Shown: positions 25,569 to 34,800 of the stretch, one piece after another
Position numbering within the stretch: position 1 is the first letter of the stretch
Layout of the letters: each line of letters begins with the position of its first letter
Position numbers and translations under genes: made by a program
Notes under the pieces: model-generated
Database searches by the model: none
Told to the model about the DNA's origin: nothing
What the model saw: only the letters and a program-made list of their open reading frames with translations
DNA from: Gemmatimonadota bacterium
GTDB lineage: Bacteria > Gemmatimonadota > Gemmatimonadetes > Gemmatimonadales > GWC2-71-9
DNA: 64,000 nucleotides
Direction of reading: 5' to 3'
NCBI GenBank assembly: GCA_039584325.1
Contig: JBDGYA010000009.1
Span: forward strand, 944 to 64,943

Positions 25569-26786
25569 TCAGCCGCGTGCGTGCCGGCGGAGAACGAGCC
25601 AGAGTGCCAGCCCCGCGATCAAGCCGACCGAACCGGCGAGCACGAAAAGCAGGTCGAACGACGACTGCCGCAGGACCACTCCGCCCGCGCCGGCGCCGAC
25701 GATGCCCGCGATCTCAGTGGCAGCATTGCGCCAGCTCGAGACTGCCCCTCGCTGTGACGGCCGGGCCCGGCTCAACAGAATCTCATCGATCAGCGGATTC
25801 GTCGCCGGTGACACCGCTCCCTGAACGAAGTAGAGCCCGATCGCAAGCTCGACGGAGCCCACTGCCGCCAGCATCCACAGGACGGGTGGGAACACCGCCG
25901 TCCAGGCGGCAAGCACGCGGCGCGGCCCCAGTCGTCCTGCAAGTTCGCCACTGCCGACCATCACCAGCGCCGTCGCCAGATGCGCGATGCCGAACACGGT
26001 GCCGATGAGCGTCACATCGAGCTGGTACTCGCGGGAGAAGAAGATGTTGAAGAACGGCAGGACGAGCGCCGGGCCCAGCATCCAAAATGCAACGGCGACA
26101 ACGCTCGGTGCGAGCGGCTCGAGGCGGCTGTTGACACCGGAGACCGTGTCCACCGAGTCTGACGCGTGTGCGGGGCCAGCGGCCGGCCTTCCTCGGCAGG
26201 CGATCACGAAGAGGGGGATGGCCAGTATCGTCAGTCCCGCACCGCCGAGCAGGGTCACCCGATGCGCTTCCACGGGACCGAACGTGCTCCCTGCTTGCAG
26301 CCATTCCGCGAGCGCCCCTCCCGTGATCATCCAGACGGCCCCGCTGCCGACCAACAGCGCCACGTTCCATGAGAACACGCGCGACCGTTGAGCCGCAGCG
26401 GTCCACGCCATGATGTAGGGCCCCATCGAGACACGCCATGTCACTGCGCCCATACCCGCAACGAATGCGGCGGCGTAGACAGTTACCGGCCGTTCGACCA
26501 CGGCACCAGCAGTCAGTCCGAGACCTGCGCACAGCGTGCCCGACACCAGGACCATGCGCACACCGAGTCGATCTACGAGCCGCCCAGCGGGAAGGAGGGC
26601 AACGAGCCCGCCCGCTGTCAGTGATGCCGCGGCAAGTCCCATCACTGATTCGTCCAGGCCCAGTCCGGCAAGGTAGAAATTGTACAGGAAGGCATGGAAG
26701 AAGAGCCCGCTCCCGAGCAGCACGTTCCCGGCGAAGAACGGCACCAACCCTCCCGCACGTGACAACATCACAATGGGGACTTCCAC
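25569..26786 (-). CDS. MFS transporter
   Basis: About 12 hydrophobic segments and the loop 'PAGRLVDRLGVR'. It is the first gene of the co-directional cluster. Confidence 0.8.
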   Translation of the reverse strand: MEVPIVMLSRAGGLVPFFAGNVLLGSGLFFHAFLYNFYLAGLGLDESVMGLAAASLTAGGLVALLPAGRLVDRLGVRMVLVSGTLCAGLGLTAGAVVERPVTVYAAAFVAGMGAVTWRVSMGPYIMAWTAAAQRSRVFSWNVALLVGSGAVWMITGGALAEWLQAGSTFGPVEAHRVTLLGGAGLTILAIPLFVIACRGRPAAGPAHASDSVDTVSGVNSRLEPLAPSVVAVAFWMLGPALVLPFFNIFFSREYQLDVTLIGTVFGIAHLATALVMVGSGELAGRLGPRRVLAAWTAVFPPVLWMLAAVGSVELAIGLYFVQGAVSPATNPLIDEILLSRARPSQRGAVSSWRNAATEIAGIVGAGAGGVVLRQSSFDLLFVLAGSVGLIAGLALWLVLRRHARG

Positions 26787-26840
26787 GACCGGGATTGTCC
26801 ACGCATCTTATACCTGCACCCACCGTGCGGGCTCGCTGGC

Positions 26841-28850
26841 ATGATCCTCCGAACGCTCTGTGTCGCTCTCCTCTGCCTTTCAGCGGCGGGACCCCTCTGG
26901 GGCCAGGACCCGGATTCTAGCGCATCGTCCACCGACTCACTGCGCGCGCCACTCCGACTCGGACCGGTCATCGTCACCGGGACGGCAACACCATCTCGGG
27001 CATCCGCCCTTGGCCTCGCCGTCTCGGTGGTCACCGACTCCCAACTCAGTACGAGGCAACCACTGTATGCCGCGGATGCCTTGCGCGGTCTTACGGGCGC
27101 GTTCGTCGGTGAAGCTGCGGGGCCAGGTGGGCCCACGATTCTCCAGTTGCGCGGCGGGGAGGAAGTCTTCACTCAAATCCTGATGGACGGTGTCCCCATC
27201 AATCAAAACGGTGGCTTTTTCGACTTCCAGGGGCTCTCGCTCACGAACGTCGAGCGGATCGAGATCGTCCGGGGACCGCAGAGTTCGCTGTACGGGTCGT
27301 CGGCGGTGAGCGGGACAGCGCAGTTCATCACGCGGCGCGGCCGTCCCGGACCGCTTGCGATGCGCGGAAGTCTCGAAGGGTCGACCGCCAAGGACCTTGG
27401 CGGGAGCTTTCGCGGTGACGCAGCGTTCGGCGGAGGAAGCAACGTCGTCCAGTACTCGGGCGGCATCGGGCTCATCTACAATCGCGGTATCTACGAGTGG
27501 CCGCACGCCACGTGGACGCGCGACGCGTCCCTGCGGCTCGATGCGTCTCCACACGCCAAGTGGGAACTGCTGGCGCTCCTCCGGTACATGGACATCGAGT
27601 CGAGCCTGCCGGTGCGGGACCCCGGTGCCACTCGGGTTCCGCTTGACTCCAACGCTCGGGATGAGCGGCAGCGTCTGATCGGATCGGTCGAGGCCGCGTT
27701 CCATCCGACGCGGACATGGTCGCACCGACTGCGAGCCTCGCTCTATCGGGAGGACTTTCTCTTCGAGGACACGTTCGACGACGTCGCAAGCTCGGGTCCG
27801 TACGACTTCTTCGTCTTCGACGCGAACTTCATCCTCGACAGCCGCCTGCGACGCCAGGCTGTCGATTACCAGAGCACGATCGAGCTTTCCCCCGGGACGT
27901 TTGTCAAACGCCTGGACCTGACACTCGGTGGCCGCGTGGAGCATGAACACCTCACCGATGAGACCGCGGGCGACTTCGGAGACGGAGTGCTGGAACTCGA
28001 CCGTGCCAGCGTTGCGGGGTTCGGCGAGGCACAGTTCGCCCTAGGGTCACGCGCCCGGTTCCTGCTCGGCTTCCGAGTCGAGAAGTTCGAGGACATCGAT
28101 GCGGAGCTGACGCCCCGGATGTCCGCCTCCGTCGACGTGGTCCCGGGCTGGCTGACCGCGCGGGGCACGCTCGGCCGCGCATTCAAGGCCCCCAATCTGC
28201 AGCAGCAGTATCAGGACAATCCCTTCATCGTCTCGAATCCGAACCTCACGGCCGAAACGAGCGTGAGCTGGGAGTTCGGCGCTGCGCTGTACCGACTCCG
28301 GAGCATCGAGTTGTCCGTCGCGTATTTCCGCCAGCAGTTCGACGGTCTCATCCAGTTGGTGCCGAGCGAGATCGACGAACGGCTGATGTACCGAAACCTG
28401 AGCAGCGCCAAGGTTCAAGGAGTCGAGGTCGAGGTCAACGCCCAGCCAGCATCACGGTGGACGCTGGGGGTCGACGGCGCCTGGCTCGCGAGCAGGATGC
28501 TCGACAATGCCGGCCTCGCGGACGGGGCGTTTCCGACCGACTCCGCCCTCCCATTCCGGCCGACTTTCACGGGCAGTGGCTTCGTCCAGTGGAACGCCAC
28601 GCCGCGCTTCTCGGGGATGGTTCGCGCACGGGTAGTCGGATCGCAGATCACACTGACGGAGCGATTCAGTGGCGATCGCGTAGACATCGATCCGTACGCG
28701 TTGCTCGGGCTCTATCTGCGTTATCGGCTCGCTGGACCGATCGAGCTCTACGGCCGGATCGACAATTTGTTGGATACGAAGTACGACACGGCATTCGATC
28801 GGCCCGGCATCCGCCGCACCCTCGCCATCGGTTTCAGGATCGCAAGCTGA
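26841..28850 (+). CDS. TonB-dependent outer-membrane receptor
   Basis: Signal peptide. TonB-box-like 'LGPVIVTGT'. Plug 'IERIEIVRGPQSSLYGSSAVSG'. C-terminal beta-barrel ending 'TLAIGFRIAS'. Confidence 0.85.
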   Translation: MILRTLCVALLCLSAAGPLWGQDPDSSASSTDSLRAPLRLGPVIVTGTATPSRASALGLAVSVVTDSQLSTRQPLYAADALRGLTGAFVGEAAGPGGPTILQLRGGEEVFTQILMDGVPINQNGGFFDFQGLSLTNVERIEIVRGPQSSLYGSSAVSGTAQFITRRGRPGPLAMRGSLEGSTAKDLGGSFRGDAAFGGGSNVVQYSGGIGLIYNRGIYEWPHATWTRDASLRLDASPHAKWELLALLRYMDIESSLPVRDPGATRVPLDSNARDERQRLIGSVEAAFHPTRTWSHRLRASLYREDFLFEDTFDDVASSGPYDFFVFDANFILDSRLRRQAVDYQSTIELSPGTFVKRLDLTLGGRVEHEHLTDETAGDFGDGVLELDRASVAGFGEAQFALGSRARFLLGFRVEKFEDIDAELTPRMSASVDVVPGWLTARGTLGRAFKAPNLQQQYQDNPFIVSNPNLTAETSVSWEFGAALYRLRSIELSVAYFRQQFDGLIQLVPSEIDERLMYRNLSSAKVQGVEVEVNAQPASRWTLGVDGAWLASRMLDNAGLADGAFPTDSALPFRPTFTGSGFVQWNATPRFSGMVRARVVGSQITLTERFSGDRVDIDPYALLGLYLRYRLAGPIELYGRIDNLLDTKYDTAFDRPGIRRTLAIGFRIAS

Positions 28851-29517
28851 CCCGCCGTTCGCCGGATGCGTCGGACGAAGGTGTCGGTTCCGCGCGGACG
28901 CGTGAGCCTGTCCGACCCCCGCCGACCACGAGGCGGTAGACGAACAGCATGGCAAGCACCGCCGCAAACACCAGCGGCCGGAACAGGTCCGCCTTCACCA
29001 GCCAGACGAAGTGCAGCACACCCAGTGCGGCTGAGACGTAGACTAGGCGGTGCAATCGCTGCCACCGCTTGGCGCCGAGCCGTTTGATCCAGCCCTTGGT
29101 GGACGTCAGCGCCAGAGGAAGTAGCAGCACGAACGCCGTGAGCCCGACGGTGACGTACGGACGCTCCGCGATGTCCTCTGCGATCGCTGACAGGGAGAGA
29201 CCGAGCCCCGACAGGTACGTCTGATCGACCGCGTAGGTCACGAGGTGAAGGCATGCGTACAAGAAGGCAAACAACCCGAGCGGCCGCCGCAGCACCGCCA
29301 GCGCGCCGATGCCGGTCAGCTTCCGAACGGGCGTCACCGACAGGGTGACCATCAGCAGGGTGAGCGTGGTGAATCCGGTCCGGTGAGTGACGGTCTCGAC
29401 GGGATTGGCACCGAGGCTACCCGTCGCCATATCGAGCAGAAGGACCCCGAGCGGCAGCAACGCGCCGAGGAACACGACGGGCCGCACGATCCGCCGGACA
29501 ACCTGCCCTTGCGTCAC
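28834..29517 (-). CDS. msrQ: Protein-methionine-sulfoxide reductase heme-binding subunit MsrQ (YedZ)
   Basis: Ferric-reductase-like TM domain with conserved His residues ('CLHLVTY', 'LHRLVYV'). It lies immediately downstream of msrP. Confidence 0.8.
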   Translation of the reverse strand: MTQGQVVRRIVRPVVFLGALLPLGVLLLDMATGSLGANPVETVTHRTGFTTLTLLMVTLSVTPVRKLTGIGALAVLRRPLGLFAFLYACLHLVTYAVDQTYLSGLGLSLSAIAEDIAERPYVTVGLTAFVLLLPLALTSTKGWIKRLGAKRWQRLHRLVYVSAALGVLHFVWLVKADLFRPLVFAAVLAMLFVYRLVVGGGRTGSRVRAEPTPSSDASGERRVSLRS

Positions 29518-29524
29518 CGCTACC

Positions 29525-30457
29525 TCAGTAGTTCCGCCGGAGATCCATCCCCGCGTACAGGGATGCCACCTGCTCGGCGTAGCCGTTGAACGGCAGCGTC
29601 GGGCGCCGCCGCAGCTTGCCGATCCGCCGCTCGCGCGCCTGACTCCAGCGAGGGTGGTCGACCTCGGGGTTCACGTTCGCGTAGAACCCGTACTCGCGGG
29701 GCGCGACCACGTTCCAGGTCGTCGCGGGCTGCTCACGCGTGAGTCGGATCCGGACCAACGACTTACCGCTCTTGAAGCCGTACTTCCACGGCACGACGAG
29801 CCGCACCGGGGCGCCGTTCTGATTCGGCAGTGCCTTGCCGTAGAGCCCGAGTGCCAGAATGGTCAGTGGATGCATCGCCTCGTCCAAGCGTAGCCCCTCA
29901 ACGTACGGCCACGGAAGCACGTCCCGCCGCTGCCCTGGCATCTGCTCCGGATCGTGTAGCGTCGTGAACTCCACGAAGCGCGCGTTCGAGGTCGGCTCGA
30001 CCGCGCTCAGCAGATCGCGCAGCGGGAACCCGAGCCACGGAATCACCATGGACCACGCTTCGACGCAGCGTAGCCGGTATATGCGCTCTTCCGGCGGGAA
30101 CGTCTTCCACAGGTCCTCGATTGCGAAGGTGCGGGGACGGTGCACTTCGCCTTCGACCTCGAGCGTCCAGGGTCGCGTGCGCAGAGTGTGCGCGTTCCGC
30201 GCCGGATCGTCCTTCCCGGTCCCGAACTCGTAGAAGTTGTTGTAACTGATGACATCCTCGAGCGGCGTCAACCCGTCGTCCTGCCTGGAGCGATACGGTC
30301 CACCGGCTCGAGCGAGCAGACTCCCGGGTGCTGCGAGACCGACCGCCGCACCCACAGCCAGCGTGCCAGCGGCGCCCATGAACGTACGCCTGCTCCAGTA
30401 GTCGGCCTCGCTCGTGATCTCCGCGGCCGTGATATCGTCGGGACGCCTGATGAGCAT
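29525..30457 (-). CDS. msrP: Protein-methionine-sulfoxide reductase catalytic subunit MsrP (YedY), Tat-exported molybdoenzyme
   Basis: Tat signal '[17 protein letters not shown]'. 'NNFYEFG' and '[15 protein letters not shown]' are YedY blocks. Start placed at ATG 30457. ATG 30499 is an alternative start. Confidence 0.85.
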   Translation of the reverse strand: MLIRRPDDITAAEITSEADYWSRRTFMGAAGTLAVGAAVGLAAPGSLLARAGGPYRSRQDDGLTPLEDVISYNNFYEFGTGKDDPARNAHTLRTRPWTLEVEGEVHRPRTFAIEDLWKTFPPEERIYRLRCVEAWSMVIPWLGFPLRDLLSAVEPTSNARFVEFTTLHDPEQMPGQRRDVLPWPYVEGLRLDEAMHPLTILALGLYGKALPNQNGAPVRLVVPWKYGFKSGKSLVRIRLTREQPATTWNVVAPREYGFYANVNPEVDHPRWSQARERRIGKLRRRPTLPFNGYAEQVASLYAGMDLRRNY

Positions 30458-30572
30458 CGATGTCCTCGCATCGTGAAGGGGTTGCACTCCCGCGCTCACG
30501 AGGTGTAACCGCCCGACCCCACTTGGTGTTCCGCTTCTTAGAGGAGTCTAATGAACGCCGCTGTCCGTGGCG

Positions 30573-31757
30573 TCACACGATCGCGACTCCGTCCACGGGG
30601 CGACACACGTGCAGCGCCGCGCGCCGGCCCGTCATCCCGTCGTACGCGGACCCGATGCGAGCGACGAAATCATCCACCGCGTCCAGGCGGACAAGTGCGA
30701 CCGCGCTGCCGCCGAATCCCGCGCCCGTGAGCCGTGCCCCGATACAGCCCTCGTGGGCGCAGGCCAGGGACACCATCAGATCGAGCTCCGGGCAGGAGAC
30801 TTGGTACAGGTCCCGCAGACTCCAGTGCGAATCGACCAGCAGCCGTCGGCACCGCTCCACGTCTCCGGTTTCGAGAGCTCGAGCGCAGTCGACGGCGCGC
30901 GGCGATTCCGCGACCACGTGCTGGCTCCGCATGAACTCCTCGTCGTCGAGATCGTGGCGCGCCCGATCGAGCAACGCACCGTCCACGTCCCGCAGCGCGA
31001 CGACGCCCGGATCATGCCGCCGCAGGATCTGCACGGCTGCCTCACACGCTCCGCGCCGATCCGCATATCCGCCCGCTGCGAGGGACCGGCCGACGCCGGT
31101 ATCCAGAACCACCACACGCAGCTCCGCCGGAATCGGGACATAGCGTCTGTCGAGCGTCCTGCAGTCGACGAGCATGGCGGTGCCCTCCCGGGCAGCGGCG
31201 ACGACGAGCTGATCCATGATGCCGCACGGCACACCCGCGAAGTCATGCTCCGCATCCCGGGAGCGCTGTGCGGCCTCGATCGGATCCCACGCCCGATCGG
31301 TGGCCGCGGTCAGCGCCCGCGCCGTGGCCAGCTCGACGGCTGCCGAGGAGGAAAGGCCGGCCCCGACCGGCAAATCCGCGACGATGGCGAGGTCGAGCCC
31401 AGGCGGCGGATCGCCGGCCCGCGCGTACATCGCCACCACGCCGGCCACGTAGTCACTCCAGTGACCGGCGCCCACGGGCTTCGGTACCGGCAGCTCGATG
31501 CTGTCGGTCTCGCCGAACCGCACGGCGTGAGCGCGCACCCGTCGCCCCTCACTCCTGGCAAATGCGATGGCGACATACCGGTCGATCGCCATCGGCAGCA
31601 CGAAGCCGCCGTTGTAGTCGGTGTGCTCCCCAATGAGATTCACGCGCCCCGGCGCCAGTGCCACGGCGACATCGGTGCGATCACCGAATTCCCCCCGGAA
31701 CACCGCGTGCGCCGAGTCGACGAGTGCGCTCCGCCGGGATTGGTCGACAGGCATCAT
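30573..31757 (-). CDS. galK: Galactokinase
   Basis: 'APGRVNLIGEHTDYNGGFVLPMAI' is the galactokinase signature. GHMP motif 'PVGAGLSSSAA'. Confidence 0.9.
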   Translation of the reverse strand: MMPVDQSRRSALVDSAHAVFRGEFGDRTDVAVALAPGRVNLIGEHTDYNGGFVLPMAIDRYVAIAFARSEGRRVRAHAVRFGETDSIELPVPKPVGAGHWSDYVAGVVAMYARAGDPPPGLDLAIVADLPVGAGLSSSAAVELATARALTAATDRAWDPIEAAQRSRDAEHDFAGVPCGIMDQLVVAAAREGTAMLVDCRTLDRRYVPIPAELRVVVLDTGVGRSLAAGGYADRRGACEAAVQILRRHDPGVVALRDVDGALLDRARHDLDDEEFMRSQHVVAESPRAVDCARALETGDVERCRRLLVDSHWSLRDLYQVSCPELDLMVSLACAHEGCIGARLTGAGFGGSAVALVRLDAVDDFVARIGSAYDGMTGRRAALHVCRPVDGVAIV

Positions 31758-31815
31758 CCCGGTCCTCTGTCCGCGATCGAACGAGCGTTCCCGTGGCGTG
31801 GCAACCGCGGCTGCG

Positions 31816-34800
31816 TCATTCCCCGGCCTCCATGGTCAGAGGCGGCATGGAGATCGTCACGGTGGTTCCGCGATCGACGTCGCTCATCACGGTGATGTTC
31901 CCCCCCCACGACTCCACGAGCCGGCGGCAGATGGCGAGGCCGAGTCCGGTCCCACTCGTGGTCGTGGAGAAGTGCGGCTCGAACACGTGCGGCAGATCAT
32001 GACCGGCGATCCCACTGCCGTTGTCCGTCACGTCGAGACGCACCCCACCCTCGTCAGCCTTGAGCACGACGATGTCCACGGAGTTGGCTCCCGCGTCCCG
32101 GGCGTTCTCGACGAGGTTGATCAGCACCTCCTTGACTTCGTCCTTGCGTACGCGGGCCGGCATCGCCTGGTCCGCCCGCACCGTCACGGACGTTCCCCCA
32201 CCGAGGGCGTACAGGGCGGCGGCATCGCGCGCGACGGCGGCGAGATCGATGACCTCGAGCGGGCCTGCCTCCGTGGGCGGAGTGCCGAACCGCGCGAACG
32301 CCCGGGCGATGGCGTCGAGCCGCTCGATCTCCGCGAGGATCTGGCGCGCCGTGCGCTGGAGTGTCGCATCGAAGTCCGCACTCCCCTGCCGGCGGGCGCG
32401 CTGGAGGTGCTGAACGCCCAACCGAATGGGCGTCAGCGGATTCTTGATCTCATGCGCAACCTGTCGGGCGACTTCCCCCCAGGCCAGCACGCGCACGGCC
32501 TGGGTGATCTCCGTAACGTCATCGAGCGCGACGACGCAGCCCCGGGTTTCGGTCTGGAGCGGCGCGACTTGCGCGCGAATGCGCCGGACGTCGACGGTGA
32601 ACTCCTCCTGTCGCTCCGCTGGCTCCGACTCCGCCAGCGCGAGCCGTACCCAGTCCCACACGGGCCCCCATGCGCCCTCGGTGTGCCGCCGGATCTCTGC
32701 TCCGGGAAACAGCGGCGTGTCGAGCAATGCCTGCGCAGCGGGATTCGCGATCGTCACGCGCATCGCATCATCCAGCGCTACGACACCCGTCGCGACGTTA
32801 CTCAACACCGTCGCCGTCCGGCGCCGGGCGGATTCCAGCGCATCCTGACTCGCTTCCACATCCTGCGCCATGCGCTCGAACGCATTCACCACCGACACGA
32901 ATTCCGTGGGGATGTCGGTATCGAACGGCGGGACGGGATCGCCACGCCCCACCGCACCCGCCGCGCTCTCGAGCGACTGCACCGGTCTCGCAAGCGAGCG
33001 GGAGGCAAAGGCGGCGAGACCGATCGCCCCTCCCACACCGATCAGGGTGACGAGCACCAACCCGAAGGCTAGGTCCTCCTGCTCGCGCTGGATGTCCGCG
33101 AACTCCACGAGCCGTGGCACCGCCAGCACCTGGAGCTGTCGGCCAACTCGACCGAGCACACGATATCCGACGCGGGTCTGCTGCCCACCGATGGATGCGT
33201 CATCTGTGATTTCGAGCACGTCGCGCTCGGCGAGGGCGAGGTGGACCCGAGGCGGGAGGAACGGTGACAGCAACCCGAGCTGCGCCAGGACTTCCGCGCT
33301 GGCGGAGCGGAGGGCGCCGTCCTCGTACAGCATGAGGTCGGCGCTGAGCTGATCGGACAGCTGGTCGAGCGCCTGGCTGGCACCCTCCCCGGATGACACA
33401 GTGCCGACCGCTCCCACGGCGTCGCTCAGCGTCTGTTGCGTCAACAGATCCCGCCCACGCACCGCCTCCACCCGCAGGCGGCCGATGGACCACGTGGCAA
33501 ACCCGAGGGTCGGGATCACGAAGAATGCGCCCAGCGCGATCGCGAGACGATTGCGGTACGATCGAAGCCGGGCCTGCTCGGGCCACCCCGGGAGCTGAGG
33601 CACGTGACCGGCGATCACCTGACCCAGGACACCGACGAGGAGCAGCACGGCCACGTCGAGGATGAGGAGGAGGGCGCCTCGCACGAGAAGTTGCGACAGG
33701 TCGTGCAACTCGACGGAGGCGTGAAGGTGACGGACTCCCCCCGGGAGCTCGACGGCGTCGGTCGCTCGGAGCGTCCAGCCCTCGCGCCACCATGTGAGGC
33801 CCGTTCCGTCAGGGGCCTCGTCGGCGGCGGGCTCGCCCAGGTACATCGCGTACGGCGCTTCCAGCCGACGCTCTCCCCGGAGGAAGCGCGCCACGAGAAC
33901 CGGCTCGATCAGCTGGGAACGCGGCGCCACCCCAACTGTGACGACTGAGCTGTCGGGGAACGGCGACGCGGCAATGTAGTGTACCCCCCGCAGCGTCTCG
34001 ACCGACCGAAGGATCGGCTGCCCGGTGGCGCGCGCCGCCCGGGCCATGACACGCACGTCGACCGAGTCGAGATCGAGTTGAGCGAGCTCGAGCGTCGCGG
34101 TCCGCGTCTCGCCCGCACCCCAGACCGTCAGCACTCCCGGGTAGTCGTCTTGGGAGAGTGGCGAGTGCCGCCAGCGGGAATAGAGTTGCGCCTCCGTCCT
34201 CGGCGGTGGCCGCTCGAGGAGGTCCGAGACAAACCGCTCGAGGAACCCGATCGCCACCGGGTCGCCTCCCTCGAGCCGACTGGCATCGCGCTCGGCGAGT
34301 AGCAGCCGTCCGCGCACCACCGCACCCCACGTCAGCATGCCCGAGGCTGAACCGGCGAGCACCGCGACCCAGATGAGCCGTCGCACCCGCGACGCGGGCT
34401 GGATCACGAGCCAGAACGGAGGGATCCACAGGAGCCCGTACCAGACGGGCCACCCAGCCTCGGGCCGCCAGCTCGCCAGCCCGATCGCGGCGAGCACTCC
34501 AGCCAGCGCGGCACCGAGCCAGCCCAGCCACCGCGGAACCTCGTGCCGTCCCCCGAGCAGCAGGTAGGCGAGCAAGGCCAGTGCGGCGGCCGCCATCATG
34601 AGGGTGAGTTGCCAGCCAATCCACATGCCTATGCCGATGGCCGTCACCGGCGGGCTGATGCCGGTCGCGAGCCGCCCGAGAATCCACGGTGCGGCGACGG
34701 CGATCGCGGCCGCCGCGAGGGCGCCGGGCACGGTGGCCGTCAGGGGGCGTCTCGAGAGCTGGAGTGCAACCACTGCCGCCCCCACGGACAGGAGCAGCAA

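Noticed and set aside
26787-26840. A riboswitch (for example cobalamin) upstream of the TonB-dependent receptor
   Set aside because: The intergenic region is only 54 nt, too short for a riboswitch aptamer plus expression platform.
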